This document shows positions 40,301 through 52,089 of a stretch of 64,000 bases of DNA, piece by piece (position 1 is the stretch's first letter; the number at the start of each line of letters is the position of its first letter). A program made the position numbers and the translations under genes. Location: positions 41,635,094-41,699,093 of the forward strand of contig NC_068984.1 of the NCBI RefSeq assembly GCF_001194135.2, given 5' to 3'. The notes under the pieces are model-generated. The model had not been told where the DNA came from, did not search any database, and was given only the letters and a program-made list of their open reading frames with translations. Source of the DNA: Octopus bimaculoides. Its lineage: Eukaryota.

Positions 40301-41518
40301 CATGAATAGAACCCTGTATCTTGCATGGAGAATTAGTGCCAATGTTATTAGACAGAGCATCCAAAAGGTGGTCAGGAACTGTGATAGATATCAATCTATT
40401 GACTCTGCTCCAGGTGTAAATGAGCAGGGAAACATCTCAGTAAAGCACTGCTGGAGACAATTGGTGGTGGATGTGACACACTACCAGTGGGGAACGTATC
40501 TCTTAATGGTTGACTGTGGGTCAGGTTGGATGGCCATTTGGAGGGAAATGAAGACGGGCACTGCAGACGACACTGTACATATCCTGAATGAGATATTTCT
40601 GGATCAGGGCCCTGTGGATGAATTGCTGATGAGCAATGGCACTGAATTTCCTTTAGAGATACTGAAGAAGATACTTGATAAGTAGAACGTGTGCCACTTC
40701 TTCAGAGTGGCATACAGGCCAAGTGGAAATGGGATCATGAAAGACATCATCAAGCAATCAAAGCTATGGTGGAAAGGGGGCACATCTTCACTGCTAGAAG
40801 CAGTATTCTGGTACAATATGTTGCCTCGATCAGGACAGGCCAAAGAGTCTGTGCCATACGAAGTGATATTCAGATATGAATGGTAACATCCAAGTAAACC
40901 ATCAGAATGCCCTGCAGAAGAGAGAGGGCTTGTCTTCATGGAGGTGGGAGAGGAAGTCTGGGTCAAGCCCCTGAAGGCATGATGCACATCCCAGTGGAAC
41001 AGAGGAACAGTGATGGTTGTTAATGTCAAAAATAACGTTTCTGTCGATGGAACACTGTGTCAGTTCTTGGATGTTTACAGAATTGTGCTTTGTCGGACAA
41101 CAAAGGTGGAGGAGAGGAATAGAACGAGGCTCCCTCCCTACAGCGATCACAGCATGTGAGGCGTCCACCTGTGTGGATGGTAGATTTTAATATGGAGTGA
41201 AGTGAGGAGCTGATCCTTGAGATGAGATGAGCTGAAAAGAAAGGGCTGTGATATCAATGGTCAAGGGGCCTGACTGGAAAAGGGAGGGGTAGAGATGAAG
41301 TGAGGGAAGCAAAACCAGAGTTGGCTTCTTTCGGCCTGGTGCACTCACCATGAACGGACTTCAGTGGAGTGAGCTAGTAGCATTGGTAGTAGCATCTGCT
41401 AACATTAAGTGCAACAGGTAGGGCACATGTTTTGGACTTAGTATAGCTGAACAGCCAACCACAAGAAGGTAGGTGAACTGTATCTTATTTTCCCACATTA
41501 CAGCTCCCTTGTATCACA
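37381..41518 (+). mobile_element. Gypsy/Ty3 LTR retrotransposon, decayed, with ~300-bp LTRs (37381-37679 and 41211-41518)
   Basis: Two similar LTRs; gag CCHC knuckle (CRCMQTGHIT*NC) near 38375; protease LVDTGC at 38540; RT IRPVLDF and VDLKSAYL; RNase H CDAS and HINVAEL; integrase HHMG, VVDVTH, SNGTEF, YRPSGNG; order PR-RT-RH-INT. LTR edges are approximate. Confidence 0.9.
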
Positions 41519-41776
41519 AATACATAACAGTATGAGAAAGAGGGTCTACATATCTAAGCTGGAACCACTGTTATGGCTGATGATAGTAAACTGTAACTTG
41601 GCAGTTGATTGACAAAAGTACAATAAAATGATTTAGTTGGGTTTAGCAGTAGAGTACAAAAATACTTCAGAAACCATATCAACTTCCTAACTTTTTTTTA
41701 TTTGTAAAGTCTCAATAATGTTTTTGTTTTCTTTATTTCATAGTCATTCTGTTAAATTTTTTCCTTGACTTTCCAG

Positions 41777-41903
41777 ATTGTGGTGGAGTTTTAACTACTC
41801 CAACAGGAAAGATAGAACTTGTGAAGCCTGTCCATTTCTATATATCAAGAATGAACTGTAGTTGGGAAATAACTGTCAAAGAAAACAGATCAGTAGAACT
41901 AAA
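41777..41903 (+). CDS. CUBN: Cubilin exon, CUB23 first part (DCGGVLTTPTGKIELVKP..MNCSWEITVKENRSVEL)
   Basis: ctttccag|, AA|gtaagt; 127 nt; phase 1 to 2; missed by the ORF track. Confidence 0.9.
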
Positions 41904-42224
41904 GTAAGTAGGAAGAGTATAACATTTTCTTAAAATTTAATCTGCAAGGAAAAGAAAAAACCTGAATGAATATGGTAGAGATATTGTCATTATTCCTGAA
42001 TTAATTAGAATGATAAATTCTAATTAATAATCTGAAAATAATTAGGCTTTGATCACTAACATTAATTCAGACTGATACTAATTTTATTGACTCTTCAGAA
42101 ATCAAAGACCAATTTATCTATCATAGCATTTGGAATTACATACATGCATGCATAGATACATATTAAATCTTGACAGCGACTTCAAAGTTTTGGTTTACAA
42201 GCTGTCATTAGACTGTGGTTTACT

Positions 42225-42620
42225 TTGGTGTTTCTGGCTTTAATGATAATGATCTTAAAGATAGAGGAAGAAAAACAAAGCAAATACAATCCTTTAAGAT
42301 TTGAAATAGGAAGAATTCGGAGCTTGTGAACAGTAAAGGTCGTGCCTATAATAATTACTGTGTTGGGAACAGTAAGCCAAGATGTAGACAAATGGCTCAA
42401 GGAGATTGAAATAGAATGCGTGGTAGAGCTCCTACAGAAAATTTACCTCTGAGGACAACAAGGATTATCAGGAAGGTTCTAAGCACTTGAAAGACTGCCA
42501 AAAATGTGTGGGTACCTAAGGTTACAGGTAGTAACCTGCTACCACATAAATCCTACCAGAAATAAAACCAAACCTGAGCTTTGTTTCTATAATAATAATA
42601 GTAATAATACTGATAATAAT
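42225..42620 (+). mobile_element. 3' end of an R4/Dong-like retrotransposon with (TAA)n tail
   Basis: KIEEEKQSKYNPLRFEIGRI..VKVVPIIITVLGTV..TTRIIRKVLST*, then aataataat. Confidence 0.7.
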
Positions 42621-43439
42621 CTGTATAATAATCTGCTTGTTTGTTCTTCCATTATACTTTAGCTAGTTAAAGAGATGGAGTGAGTGAGAGGTGGAGTAAA
42701 AGTGAGAGAGAGAGGGTGAGGAATGTGAGTAGAGAAAGAAAGAAGTGAGGAAAAAGTAGAGAAAGATGTATAAGGCTACATGTCACATGGTTAGTTGAAG
42801 GTAGGGGAGAAGAGCAAGGTAAAAAAGACAGAAAAGTGAAGAGAAAAGTGTTAATGATGTGCTGCAGGGTGAGGAGGGAAAGGTAAAGAGAAAGAGATAC
42901 GTTTAGGATACAATATTTAACAGAGGGTGATGTTCTGGTGGTAAGGTTAAAAAAAGGCAGATAGAGAGAGATGGACAGGGGAGGCAGTTACATTAAGAGA
43001 GAGAGTGGAGTAGATAGCATTTGTACATGTTCATTTACACTTTACACTTTAGTTTGTGAGAGAGAGGAAGAGGGAATGTGAGAGTGAGTAGAGAGCGTAT
43101 AGCCAGTCAATACATTATGCTGTCACTCATGTGGTTAGTGGAAGTGAGAAGTGAAGAGAAAGAGAAAGATGTTAAAGACATGAAGAAGAGAATTACATGA
43201 TGGTTAAAATGTTTGTTGAAGAGGTAGAGAGAAATATAAAGAGCTTAACAGAAATTTTTTTTAAATGATGTAACATATTATTGTACTGGAAGTGAAATAA
43301 CACAGCAAAATAAAAATTATCCTTTCTCCCTTAAATAGCTTCTCTTAATCTTTTTTTGTTCTGTGGAATTTCCAAAGGTCCCACTAGTAACAATGATAAT
43401 AATGATGATGAAGATGATGGTGGTGATGGTGATGATGAT

Positions 43440-43650
43440 TGCAAATTTTGACACAAAATCATCAAGTTCAAGGGAGGGGATAAGTTGATTAGAGTAACAC
43501 CAGTGTTCAACTGGTATTTATTTTATTGATCCTGGAAGGATGAAAGGCAAAGCTGACCTTGGCAGAATTTGAACTCAGAATGTAAAGACAGGCTAAGTAC
43601 TGCTAAGCATTTTACTCAGTGTGCTACTAATTTTGCCAACTTGCTGCCTT
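43440..43650 (-). mobile_element. SINE family B copy
   Basis: Reverse match to family B. Confidence 0.8.
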
Positions 43651-43723
<73 letters not shown>

Positions 43724-43778
43724 CGACGACGATGACGATGACGACGACGACGATGACGATGACGACGATGACGACGAT
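43651..43778. repeat. Compound microsatellite (AAT)n then (GAC/GAT)n
   Basis: Read directly. Confidence 0.95.
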
Positions 43779-44334
43779 TGCACTGATGCAATACCAGGCA
43801 GTAGCTCTCATGACTTCTGATCTTAATTGATTGGAAGTGTTATCATATACATTGTTTTGTCTTGGTATAAGAGATGGACTACAGCAAATATTTTGCTCAA
43901 TGCCACAGATTGGCTTGTCAATTGCTTGACCTTAACCAGTTGAGCATGTCCCTTGGTGGCTGACGATATGTGCATCCCTGATCATGAGCAGAAGTAGTGG
44001 GGGACCATCATAGCCATGTATTGAGAGAAAGTCTTTGAGGTTTGGATAATTCACCTTTGGAAACAAGGGTGTTTTGTTCATCATCCTTAAACAAACCTTT
44101 ATTCAGGGACCTTTTGAGTGAGATGGGCTACTCAACCTGAAGAAAATTCTAACTGGGCCCCACCTGCAAGGTCACGCACTGTTTATCTTGATATGGGATC
44201 ACCATGTGGCACACATATGGTTGTGATGCATGTGCCTGGTGTACCCTTATCAGACGGGTAGCCATGATGGGTATACTGGGCTTCGTATATTTTAGCCCAG
44301 TGTCACTTTGTTGGCATGCACTGCTCTCTCACTC
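43779..44334 (-). mobile_element. Non-coding ~555-bp retroposon-like element (family D) with (ATC/GTC)n tail
   Basis: GC-richer block bounded by microsatellites at both ends; no ORF; repeat status is from recall of octopus DNA, single copy in this window. Confidence 0.5.
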
Positions 44335-44344
44335 AATAATAATA

Positions 44345-44535
44345 ATAATCCTTTCTACTCTAGACATAAGGCCTGAAACTTTTTTAGGTTAGGAGTTTAA
44401 TCGATTACATCAACCCCCAGTGCTCAACTGGTATTTATTTCAATGACCCTGAAAGGACAAAAGCAAAGCTGACCACAGCAAATGCTACTAATCATTTTGC
44501 CTGGAATGCTCATGATTATGCTAGCTTGTTACCTT
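44345..44535 (-). mobile_element. SINE family B copy, flanked by (AAT)n on both sides
   Basis: Reverse match to family B; (AAT)n at 44335-44348 and 44536-44595. Confidence 0.85.
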
Positions 44536-44547
44536 AATAATAATAAT

Positions 44548-44595
<48 letters not shown>

Positions 44596-44663
44596 TTTTT
44601 CTTTGTTTGGTGTTTTTCAGTTTTTTCTGCTCAAATTTCTCTTTTTCTTTACAATTTTCATAG

Positions 44664-44866
44664 GCTCAACCTCCTTTCTCCTTCAACAATTAGTTGTTAT
44701 TATACTTATATTTTAATACTTGATGGAGATAATCAATTGGGGAAATATTGTGGCAGCGATTCATCTGAGATTGTTCGTTCAAGAAGTAATAAAATGACTA
44801 TTAAATTTTTATCAAGATACAGTTATAATTTCCAAGGATTTGAAGCTACTTATGAAACAGTTTTTG
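44664..44866 (+). CDS. CUBN: Cubilin exon, CUB23 second part (KLNLLSPSTISCYYTYILILDGDNQLGKYCGSD..GFEATYETVF)
   Basis: ttttcatag|, G|gtgagt; 203 nt; phase 2 to 1. Confidence 0.88.
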
Positions 44867-45204
44867 GTGAGTATTTTAAATATCTTTACAATATATTCAC
44901 TCTTTACAATATATTCACAAATTGATTTGTCCTGTAAACACATAATGGTGACACTATGAAGACACAACCACAAGAAGTAATACTGCAGTTTTTTCAAATA
45001 TACATGTGTTGTCACTATCATTGGTATTTATAACAGCAGCTATAGCTTTGACAACATCAGAAAAATACCAATCAAATAGACAAGTCATTTATATTTGAGA
45101 ATTCAAGCAACACTCAATTTTTTGCCCATTGTGGTTCTATCATCATTTCTAGTAAACTGTGCTCAAATTGTCCATGTACAATAAAAAAAATTCTTCTTCT
45201 TCTT

Positions 45205-46160
45205 CTTGGTTAACATTAAGGCCCTTTGATTCTAGGTTTTGCTTCCATACCTGGGATTTCTTCTCTAATTCTGCTACAGATCCTTTCATAAGAGTAAGGT
45301 CATCAACATATACTAGTTCCCACGGGTGTGCAGTTTTGAATTCCCCTGTTATGACCTGGAAGACTATGATGAATAAGAGTGGACTGAGAACTGATCACTG
45401 GTGAACCCCTACTTATACGCTAAATTCATCATAGCTGACTCTCACCCTACCGACAGCACCACTGTACATGGCTTGTACAGCTCTAACAAGCCACTCATCT
45501 ACTCCTAACTTCCTTAGAGACCACAAATAACAGAGTAAGGGACTTTGTCAAAAGCTTTCTCCAGGTCAACAAAAGCCAAGTACAATGGCTTACTCTTGGC
45601 CAAATACTTTTCCTGCAGCTGATTCACTAGGAAGATGCTATCTGTGGTACTCTTCCCAGGTACAAAACCAAACTGCATCTCATCTTGTTTAATTCTATTC
45701 CAAATCAATTGAACTATAACTCTCTGTGTAACTTTCATGACCTGGTCCAACAGTTTGCTACCGCTGTAGTTGTTTCTGTCTAAGGCATCACCTTTACCTT
45801 TTAGCTGCTGACTATAATACTACTACACCAGTCATTATGGATCATGTCTTCTCAAATTAACTATACAAGTGACTGGATTGAATCCTACACTACCAGATAT
45901 TTTAATCATCTTGGCAGTGATTCCTGAATGTCCAGGAGATTTTTCTGTCTTTATATCCTTAATTGCCTTGTCTATTATACTACCGGCTGGTCCCTCAGTT
46001 GGTTTGATATTTGAAAGACTCTCCTTCTCCCATGCATTTTCCACATTTAGTAACCTTTCATAGTGGAATCTTTCTTCTCTGAGCCATTAAGTGCAAGCAT
46101 ACCATTATCCATTTACACACATTTCTCACCCATCACATCACTATTCTCTCTGATACACTA
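45205..46160 (-). mobile_element. RTE-clade LINE RT fragment
   Basis: QFGFVPGKSTTDSIF..LAFVDLEKAFDKVP. Confidence 0.9.
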
Positions 46161-46786
46161 CTTTACAATATTATTTGCAATATATTATAATAAATAGGAA
46201 GACTATATCTTATAAATGATATATTCTTACATCCAGAATATAGATTTATGTCTGTGCACTGTATGGTCTGGATTCATATTTTTAATATAATCTCTTGAAA
46301 TATTACGAATTACAAAGAATGAGTAAAGACAATACACCTGCTGTTTAGGTGTTATTAAAATAGGTAATAGCTTGCATCTAAAGTAGCAAGTTTCCCTTGT
46401 TGAAGAATAACTCTTTCTTTGCAATAAACTTTGAAACAGGTTTTAAAAGAAAATATGTATGCATGTATGTGTACATGTATTCATATTTTCTTCTATCTTT
46501 AATTATTTGAAGTCATTCTGCAAGGAAGAAGCTAGTTTTTAACAAAGATATGAAGCATCATTGTTGCAAATTTACATTTTGAAATTGCAAATTGCAAATT
46601 CACATTTTGAAAAGCAAATTCACATTTTGAAATTGAGAGAACTTCTACTTACAGAGTATATTTGTAATGTGTGTGTTAGCTGATTGATTTCTTCTTTTGA
46701 AAATACCATTATTTCCAGATTGTAACATAAACATTTCCTAACAAAACTAGGTGCACCAATTATTATCATTAGTATGTATATAAGTT

Positions 46787-47002
46787 GGCAAGCTGGCAGA
46801 ATTGTTAGCATGTCAGGCAAAATGCTCAGCAGTATTTCATCCATCTTTACATTCTGAGTTCAAATTCCACCGAGGTTGACTTTGCCTTTCATCCTTTCCA
46901 AGTTGCTGAAATAAGTACCAGTTGAGCACTGGGGTTGATGTACTCAACTATAGCTCCTTCCCCAAAATTTCAGGCCCTGTGCCTATAGTAGAAAGGATTA
47001 TT
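46787..47002 (+). mobile_element. SINE family B copy
   Basis: GAGTTCAAATTCC box B; 3' end GTAGAAAGGATTATT. Confidence 0.85.
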
Positions 47003-47070
47003 GGTATGTATGTGTGTGCATGTATGTACCCATCAGTAAATATATAAATGTTATGTATATTACTTGACAG

Positions 47071-47270
47071 GAATCGAACAAGGATGTGGTGGACGTCTTT
47101 TCAATAAAACAGGATCAATATCATCAGTTAACTTTGAAAACATCAATCTTTATGAGAAAAATCTTAATTGTGACTGGATAATCACAGCAGGTGCCAATGA
47201 ATACATTGAACTGTCATTTGATTCTTTTGATCTTCAACAGACAGAAAATTGTGAAGCTGATTATCTGAAA
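47071..47270 (+). CDS. CUBN: Cubilin exon, CUB24 first half (GIEQGCGGRLFNKTG..NLNCDWII..FDLQQTENCEADYLK)
   Basis: cttgacag|, |gtaagt; 200 nt; phase 1 to 0. Confidence 0.93.
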
Positions 47271-49093
47271 GTAAGTTGTCTTGGTCTTATCTTGTGGATT
47301 GGATATCATTTCTATGTTTGATGTACATATGTACAGAGTTTTGGGGCTAAATTTGATGATTTAGCTGTCTGAATTGAGCCTAAGGCCCTGTTCGAAGATG
47401 TGGGGATGAATTCCAGCATGTGGACACAGTCAGAACACCTGCCATGTCCCTTTCTGCTGAATTTGAGTCTGTGTTGGAGTTATCCATGTAATATCTTAGA
47501 GCCTTTAGTGTTCACAGAGCGCTGAGTAGCTCATAATGTTAACAATTTGATACCTGGTGTGAATCATAATGATAGAGGTAATTGTTTTCTAATATACAGA
47601 TGGTTTCCAGTCATTCATGTCCACTAGTTTTTTCTCAACTACAGCTTTAATCTTTATGCTTTCCAATACCATTGATTGTACACAATACAAGCTGTTCTTG
47701 AGAAAACAAGACATAAAATTGTCAAATTTAGCCCATACAGCCTGTACATACACATAAACATGCAAACATGGAATATTACATAACTGTGCTGTTATATAAC
47801 ATGCTGTTTCAGTATTCAGTGAGAAACTGACTGGTATGATTGGCTGTTATGGATCTATAATACTGTATACTCTGATTAATATTATGTACACACACACAGA
47901 CACACACACACACACAGATATGTGTGTGTGAGTGTGTATGCACACACGTGCAATGAAAGTGTATTGCAAAATATGCTTAGTGTATGATCTAGTTATTTCA
48001 AATTCATTATCTCTTAACATTCTGTTGAAAATGTGTCAAAATCCCAGCCCTGTAATGATTCTGTTACAGAACAGAAATAGATAATGGAAAAAGTGATTAG
48101 AACTTTTCCCTAACATTAAAGCGTTTGTCATTTCCTTCAAAATGAATGTAAACAAGGTTAGTGCAATAGTTGTAATGTGTGTTTCAGGACTGGCTCACCA
48201 ATGCTGTCCCCTGTGGTACTATCATGCAGGAAGTCCCAGTGATTGATCATAAATTTAAATAGTGAAAACATTAACACAATTCTTGCTGTAATAAATCTAG
48301 CCTATTAGTATCATTTTTCTCTCATAGTTGAGATATTCAAATATCACAATTATTCAAATTTCTATTGCCTCTAAATCACATCAATATAATTGTGAAATTC
48401 ATTGAAGTGTATTTATGCCACTTATTTACGGAGTGGGAAAGATTCTAAACTGCTGACATTGACGTCATTATGTATCAGTCTCAGACAATGCATTGATATT
48501 TATTAAGATTAGTTTATCATTCTCAGGTCTTATTCATGATTAAATGAAACTTATCTTGTATTTGCTACCATCTGGATGAGAAACTGATGGTGAGGCTGAG
48601 ATGTATTTAGCTGAAAACAAGTGTAGCTAGTTTTATACTACCAGATAATTTTCCATTCTCCCTATCTTTTAAATTGAGCTACAATATCTGTCAACCCTAT
48701 AATAAATGCAGAACAGATAAAAATATTGTAAATATTGTAATTCATCGAATTCAGAAAATTTTTCATGAGATGGAAATTACAGTACACCCCTGTCCCTCCT
48801 TGTAGAGGCAGAAGATGAAGTCACAGAAAAAAAAATGTTTTATTTTAGAGTAATTTCATCACACTCATTAAAAAGCTACCCGAAGAAGATGTAACGAAAA
48901 CTGTATTTTATAGCTAATAAATAATAAGAGGCATTTCATTCCATCTTTTGATGCATTTGTCGAGACAGAAGATATTGTCAGAGTTCTAAGATTTTACACC
49001 AGTTATTTTGATGTCTGTTCACAACTTTTCCACACTACCCTCACCACAAAATCGAAAATTGTGAAAAAAAGCTCCACCCTAGTATATACATAT

Positions 49094-49627
49094 ATATGAA
49101 CAGTAGTAACATCTGATTTCAAATCTCAGTGTTTGAATGTTTAGTTTATAAATATTTATGCACCATGTGCTCTGTTTTTGGTGCAAAACAAAACCAGTTG
49201 CACAGTCAGAGTTTAACGTGACAGTCATGGATTATTAACCGGTAGGCCACACCGATGAGGCTCAGGGTTTAAATACCTAAAAGCCGAAACCTGGTTTGTG
49301 GATGTCCCTAATTGCATAATATTTTTATTTGTACTGTTAAATGTTTTAATTCTTTCTGTTTTCCTCGCGTACTGTTTTTCTCTGTTACCTTGGTGCGCTA
49401 CGGTGGATTAATTTAAGACTTTAGCTCTTATTTCTAGCAGGTAGATGCTTGTTAAGCATCATTACGCTTTGAGCAAATTTATAATTCATAGCTATTTAAT
49501 GCTATTACATCTGCGATCCACCTATGTCACTGCTGGTGATATCATCAATTTTAAAATTTATCCACAGATGATATGAACAGTAGTAACATCTGATTTCAAA
49601 TCTCAGTGTTTGAATGTTTAGTTTATA
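49094..49627 (+). mobile_element. Retrozyme- or Penelope-like unit: 477-bp monomer plus exact 57-bp terminal redundancy, in a (TA)n context
   Basis: 49094-49150 is identical to 49571-49627; internal hammerhead fold. Confidence 0.7.
49247..49301 (+). ncRNA. Minimal type I hammerhead ribozyme candidate
   Basis: Stem I CCACA/TGTGG; core CCGATGA (U4C variant); stem II GGCT/AGCC with a capping GGGT/ACCT hairpin; GAAA; stem III ACCTGGT; cleavage triplet GUU at 49294-49296. Confidence 0.7.
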
Positions 49628-49689
49628 TATATATACCCAACCCATACTAGCATGGAAAGCGGACGTTAAACGATTAAACGATATATATA

Positions 49690-50760
49690 TATATTATCAT
49701 CATCATCATTTAATGTCTGCTTTCCATACTGGCATGGGCTAGATGGCTTGACTGGAAGTGATAAATCAGAGAGCGGCACCAAGTTCCAGTCTGATTTGGC
49801 ATGATTTCTACAGATGGATGTTGTTCCTAATGCCAACCACTCCGAGAGGGTAATAAGTGCTTCTTACGTGGCCGCGGTGTGGGTGCCATTTACATGACAA
49901 TAGTAACAGCCATGACTACCATTTCATGGGTGCCACTTAGATGACACTGGTAATAGCCACGACTATGGTTTCACTTGGCTTGGAAAGTCTTCTCAAGCAC
50001 AGCTTATCACCAAGGTTTCAGTCACTTGTCATCGCTTCTGTGAAGCCCAACATTTGAAGATTATGCTACTGGCAAAGGCCATGATTACAATTTCATAGGT
50101 GCCATTTACATGTCACCAGCAACGACCAACGACAACAATTTTACTTGGCTTGACAAATCTTCTTAAGCACAACATATTGCCAAAGGTCTCTGTCACTAGT
50201 CATCGCCTCTATGATGCCCAATATTTGAAGATCATGCTTCACTACCTCATCCCATGTCTTCCTGGATCTATCCCTTCCACAGGTTCCCTCCACAGTTAGA
50301 GGTCAGCTCTTCTTTATGCAGATGTCCTCATCCATATGCATCACATGACCATATCAGTACAGTCTTCTCTCTTGCACACCACACCCGATGCCTCTTATGC
50401 CCAACTTTTCTCTCAAGATGCTTATACTCTGTTGTGCATGTACACTGACATTACACATCCAGTGAAGCATACTAACTTCATTTCTTTCAAGCCTACACAT
50501 GTCCTCGGCAGTCACAGCCCATGTTTCACTGCCATGTAGCATGGCTGTTCACACACAAGCATCATACAATCTGCCTTTCACTCTGAGGGAGAGACCTTTA
50601 GTTACCAACAGATGTAGAAGCTCTCAGAACTTTGTCCAGCTTATTCTTATTCTAGCAGCAATATTCTCAGAGCATATACCTCTACTATTGACTTGGTTAC
50701 TTAGATAATAAAAGCTGTCAACTACTTCTAGCTATCCTTCCTCTGCATTTGATGGAGTCT
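49690..50760 (-). mobile_element. RTE-clade LINE 3' part (end of ORF2, 3' UTR, tail)
   Basis: MLHGSETWAVTAEDMCRLERNE; (TCA)n at 49697-49708. Confidence 0.9.
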
Positions 50761-51423
50761 ATAAATATATATATAGAATAAATAAGTACCAAGTTTAAAA
50801 ACAAAGTAAGCACTGGAGGCAATTTGTTTGACTAAAATTCTTTAAGGTGGTGTCCCAGTATGGCCACAGTCTAATGATTGAAATAAGTAAACGATAAAAG
50901 ATCATGATGCAGAAATACCAGATGGTTAACACAACGCAACATTGAAAATAATTAAAAATAAAGTTTTTTAAAACTCAATTCAAAATCAATATTTAAAACA
51001 TTTTACACACAAGTCAAGTAATTGAACTTCTGAGCCATTTATCAGGACTTCAAACTTGATTTTATTATATGCACTTTAAAAGGGTACATTTATTATCTCA
51101 CAAACTTGTCTTGTTCTGCCTCTGTTAAAGGTTAAATTGTACCTGCTTAAAAATGTTGGACTAATTCACCAGGCCATGACTCTTAGGAAAACGAAAAAAA
51201 AGAAGAATGAAGCAACAAATAAAATAAAATCATTAATTCATTTATAAATTGATTAGCTTATAAACATTTCACAACTTTTTTTTCTGTTTCCATAGAAACA
51301 TCTGTATTGAAATAAATGTTATAATAGACTATTGAAGATGTTAAAGATTTGGGATTTGGGTTTAAATAATCTGAAATACATGTTTCAAGTTTCACAACTC
51401 CTTGTAATTTTTTTAATGTTAAG

Positions 51424-51571
51424 GTATTTAATCATCTGGAATCAAAAAAACTTTGTGGCTCAACAATTCCATCAAACATAACTTCATCAACAAATACAAT
51501 ACATTTAACATTCAAAACGGATGATGAGACTGAAAGATCAGGTTTTAAAATGACATACAGAATAGTAACAA
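51424..51571 (+). CDS. CUBN: Cubilin exon, CUB24 second half (VFNHLESKKLCGSTIPSNITSS..KTDDETERSGFKMTYRIVT)
   Basis: aatgttaag|, A|gtaagt; 148 nt; phase 0 to 1; missed by the ORF track. Confidence 0.9.
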
Positions 51572-52089
51572 GTAAGTTCTTGTTTCTTCTTGCATAATGA
51601 AACTGGAAATTGTTTTACCTGTCTATCTGTCTGTTTGTCTTTGTCTAACTGTTTCTGTCTTTGTCTCTCTGTCTGTCTCTCTATCTGTTTATCTGTCTGT
51701 CCCTCTATCTATTTGTCCATCTATCTATGTCTGCTGTCTCTATCTTTATATATCTCTTTCCATATATCCATCACCTTCATTCTCTCTCTCTCTCTCTCCC
51801 TCTCTCTCTCCTCTCCCTCCTCCCCTCCTCATCTCTCTTCCTTGCTCTCTACTTGTCTGTCTATCATTTTGTGTATCTGCCTATACTTAGATATTTTTGG
51901 ATAAATCTGTTTGTTATAATCATATCATAGTTATACTTAGAGCTTTAAAACATTAAAATAATATAAAAATATTTTAATAGCAATAAAATGTTATAAAAAT
52001 CAGCAAATTCTTGTGGATTTCATAAATGTATTCTTTAATTCTTTCAAATTTATCACAAATAAAACTTCACTCTATAACCAAATCATTTG

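Noticed and set aside
43569-43830. Poly-N/D and poly-I ORFs (also the 5' part of 44482-44925 and the S/L-rich ORFs at 51590-51930)
   Set aside because: Translations of microsatellites; only 44664-44866 is a real exon
44225-44300. Ribozyme at the 5' end of element D (CTGATAA and CGAAG motifs on the minus strand)
   Set aside because: Hairpins exist, but stems I and II do not close in any hammerhead topology
44619-44621. Alternative upstream acceptor for the CUB23b exon
   Set aside because: Adds 43 nt, is out of frame and meets TAG at 44661-44663
48875-48914. Second hammerhead-like motif (GCTAC CCGAAGA .. GAAA .. TAGC)
   Set aside because: Stem II closing pair is A-C, stem III and the NUH site cannot be placed properly; at best a heavily decayed relic
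49362-49375. TTCCTCGCGT resembling the L3 loop of HDV-like ribozymes
   Set aside because: No compatible P1, P3 or P1.1 pairing could be built
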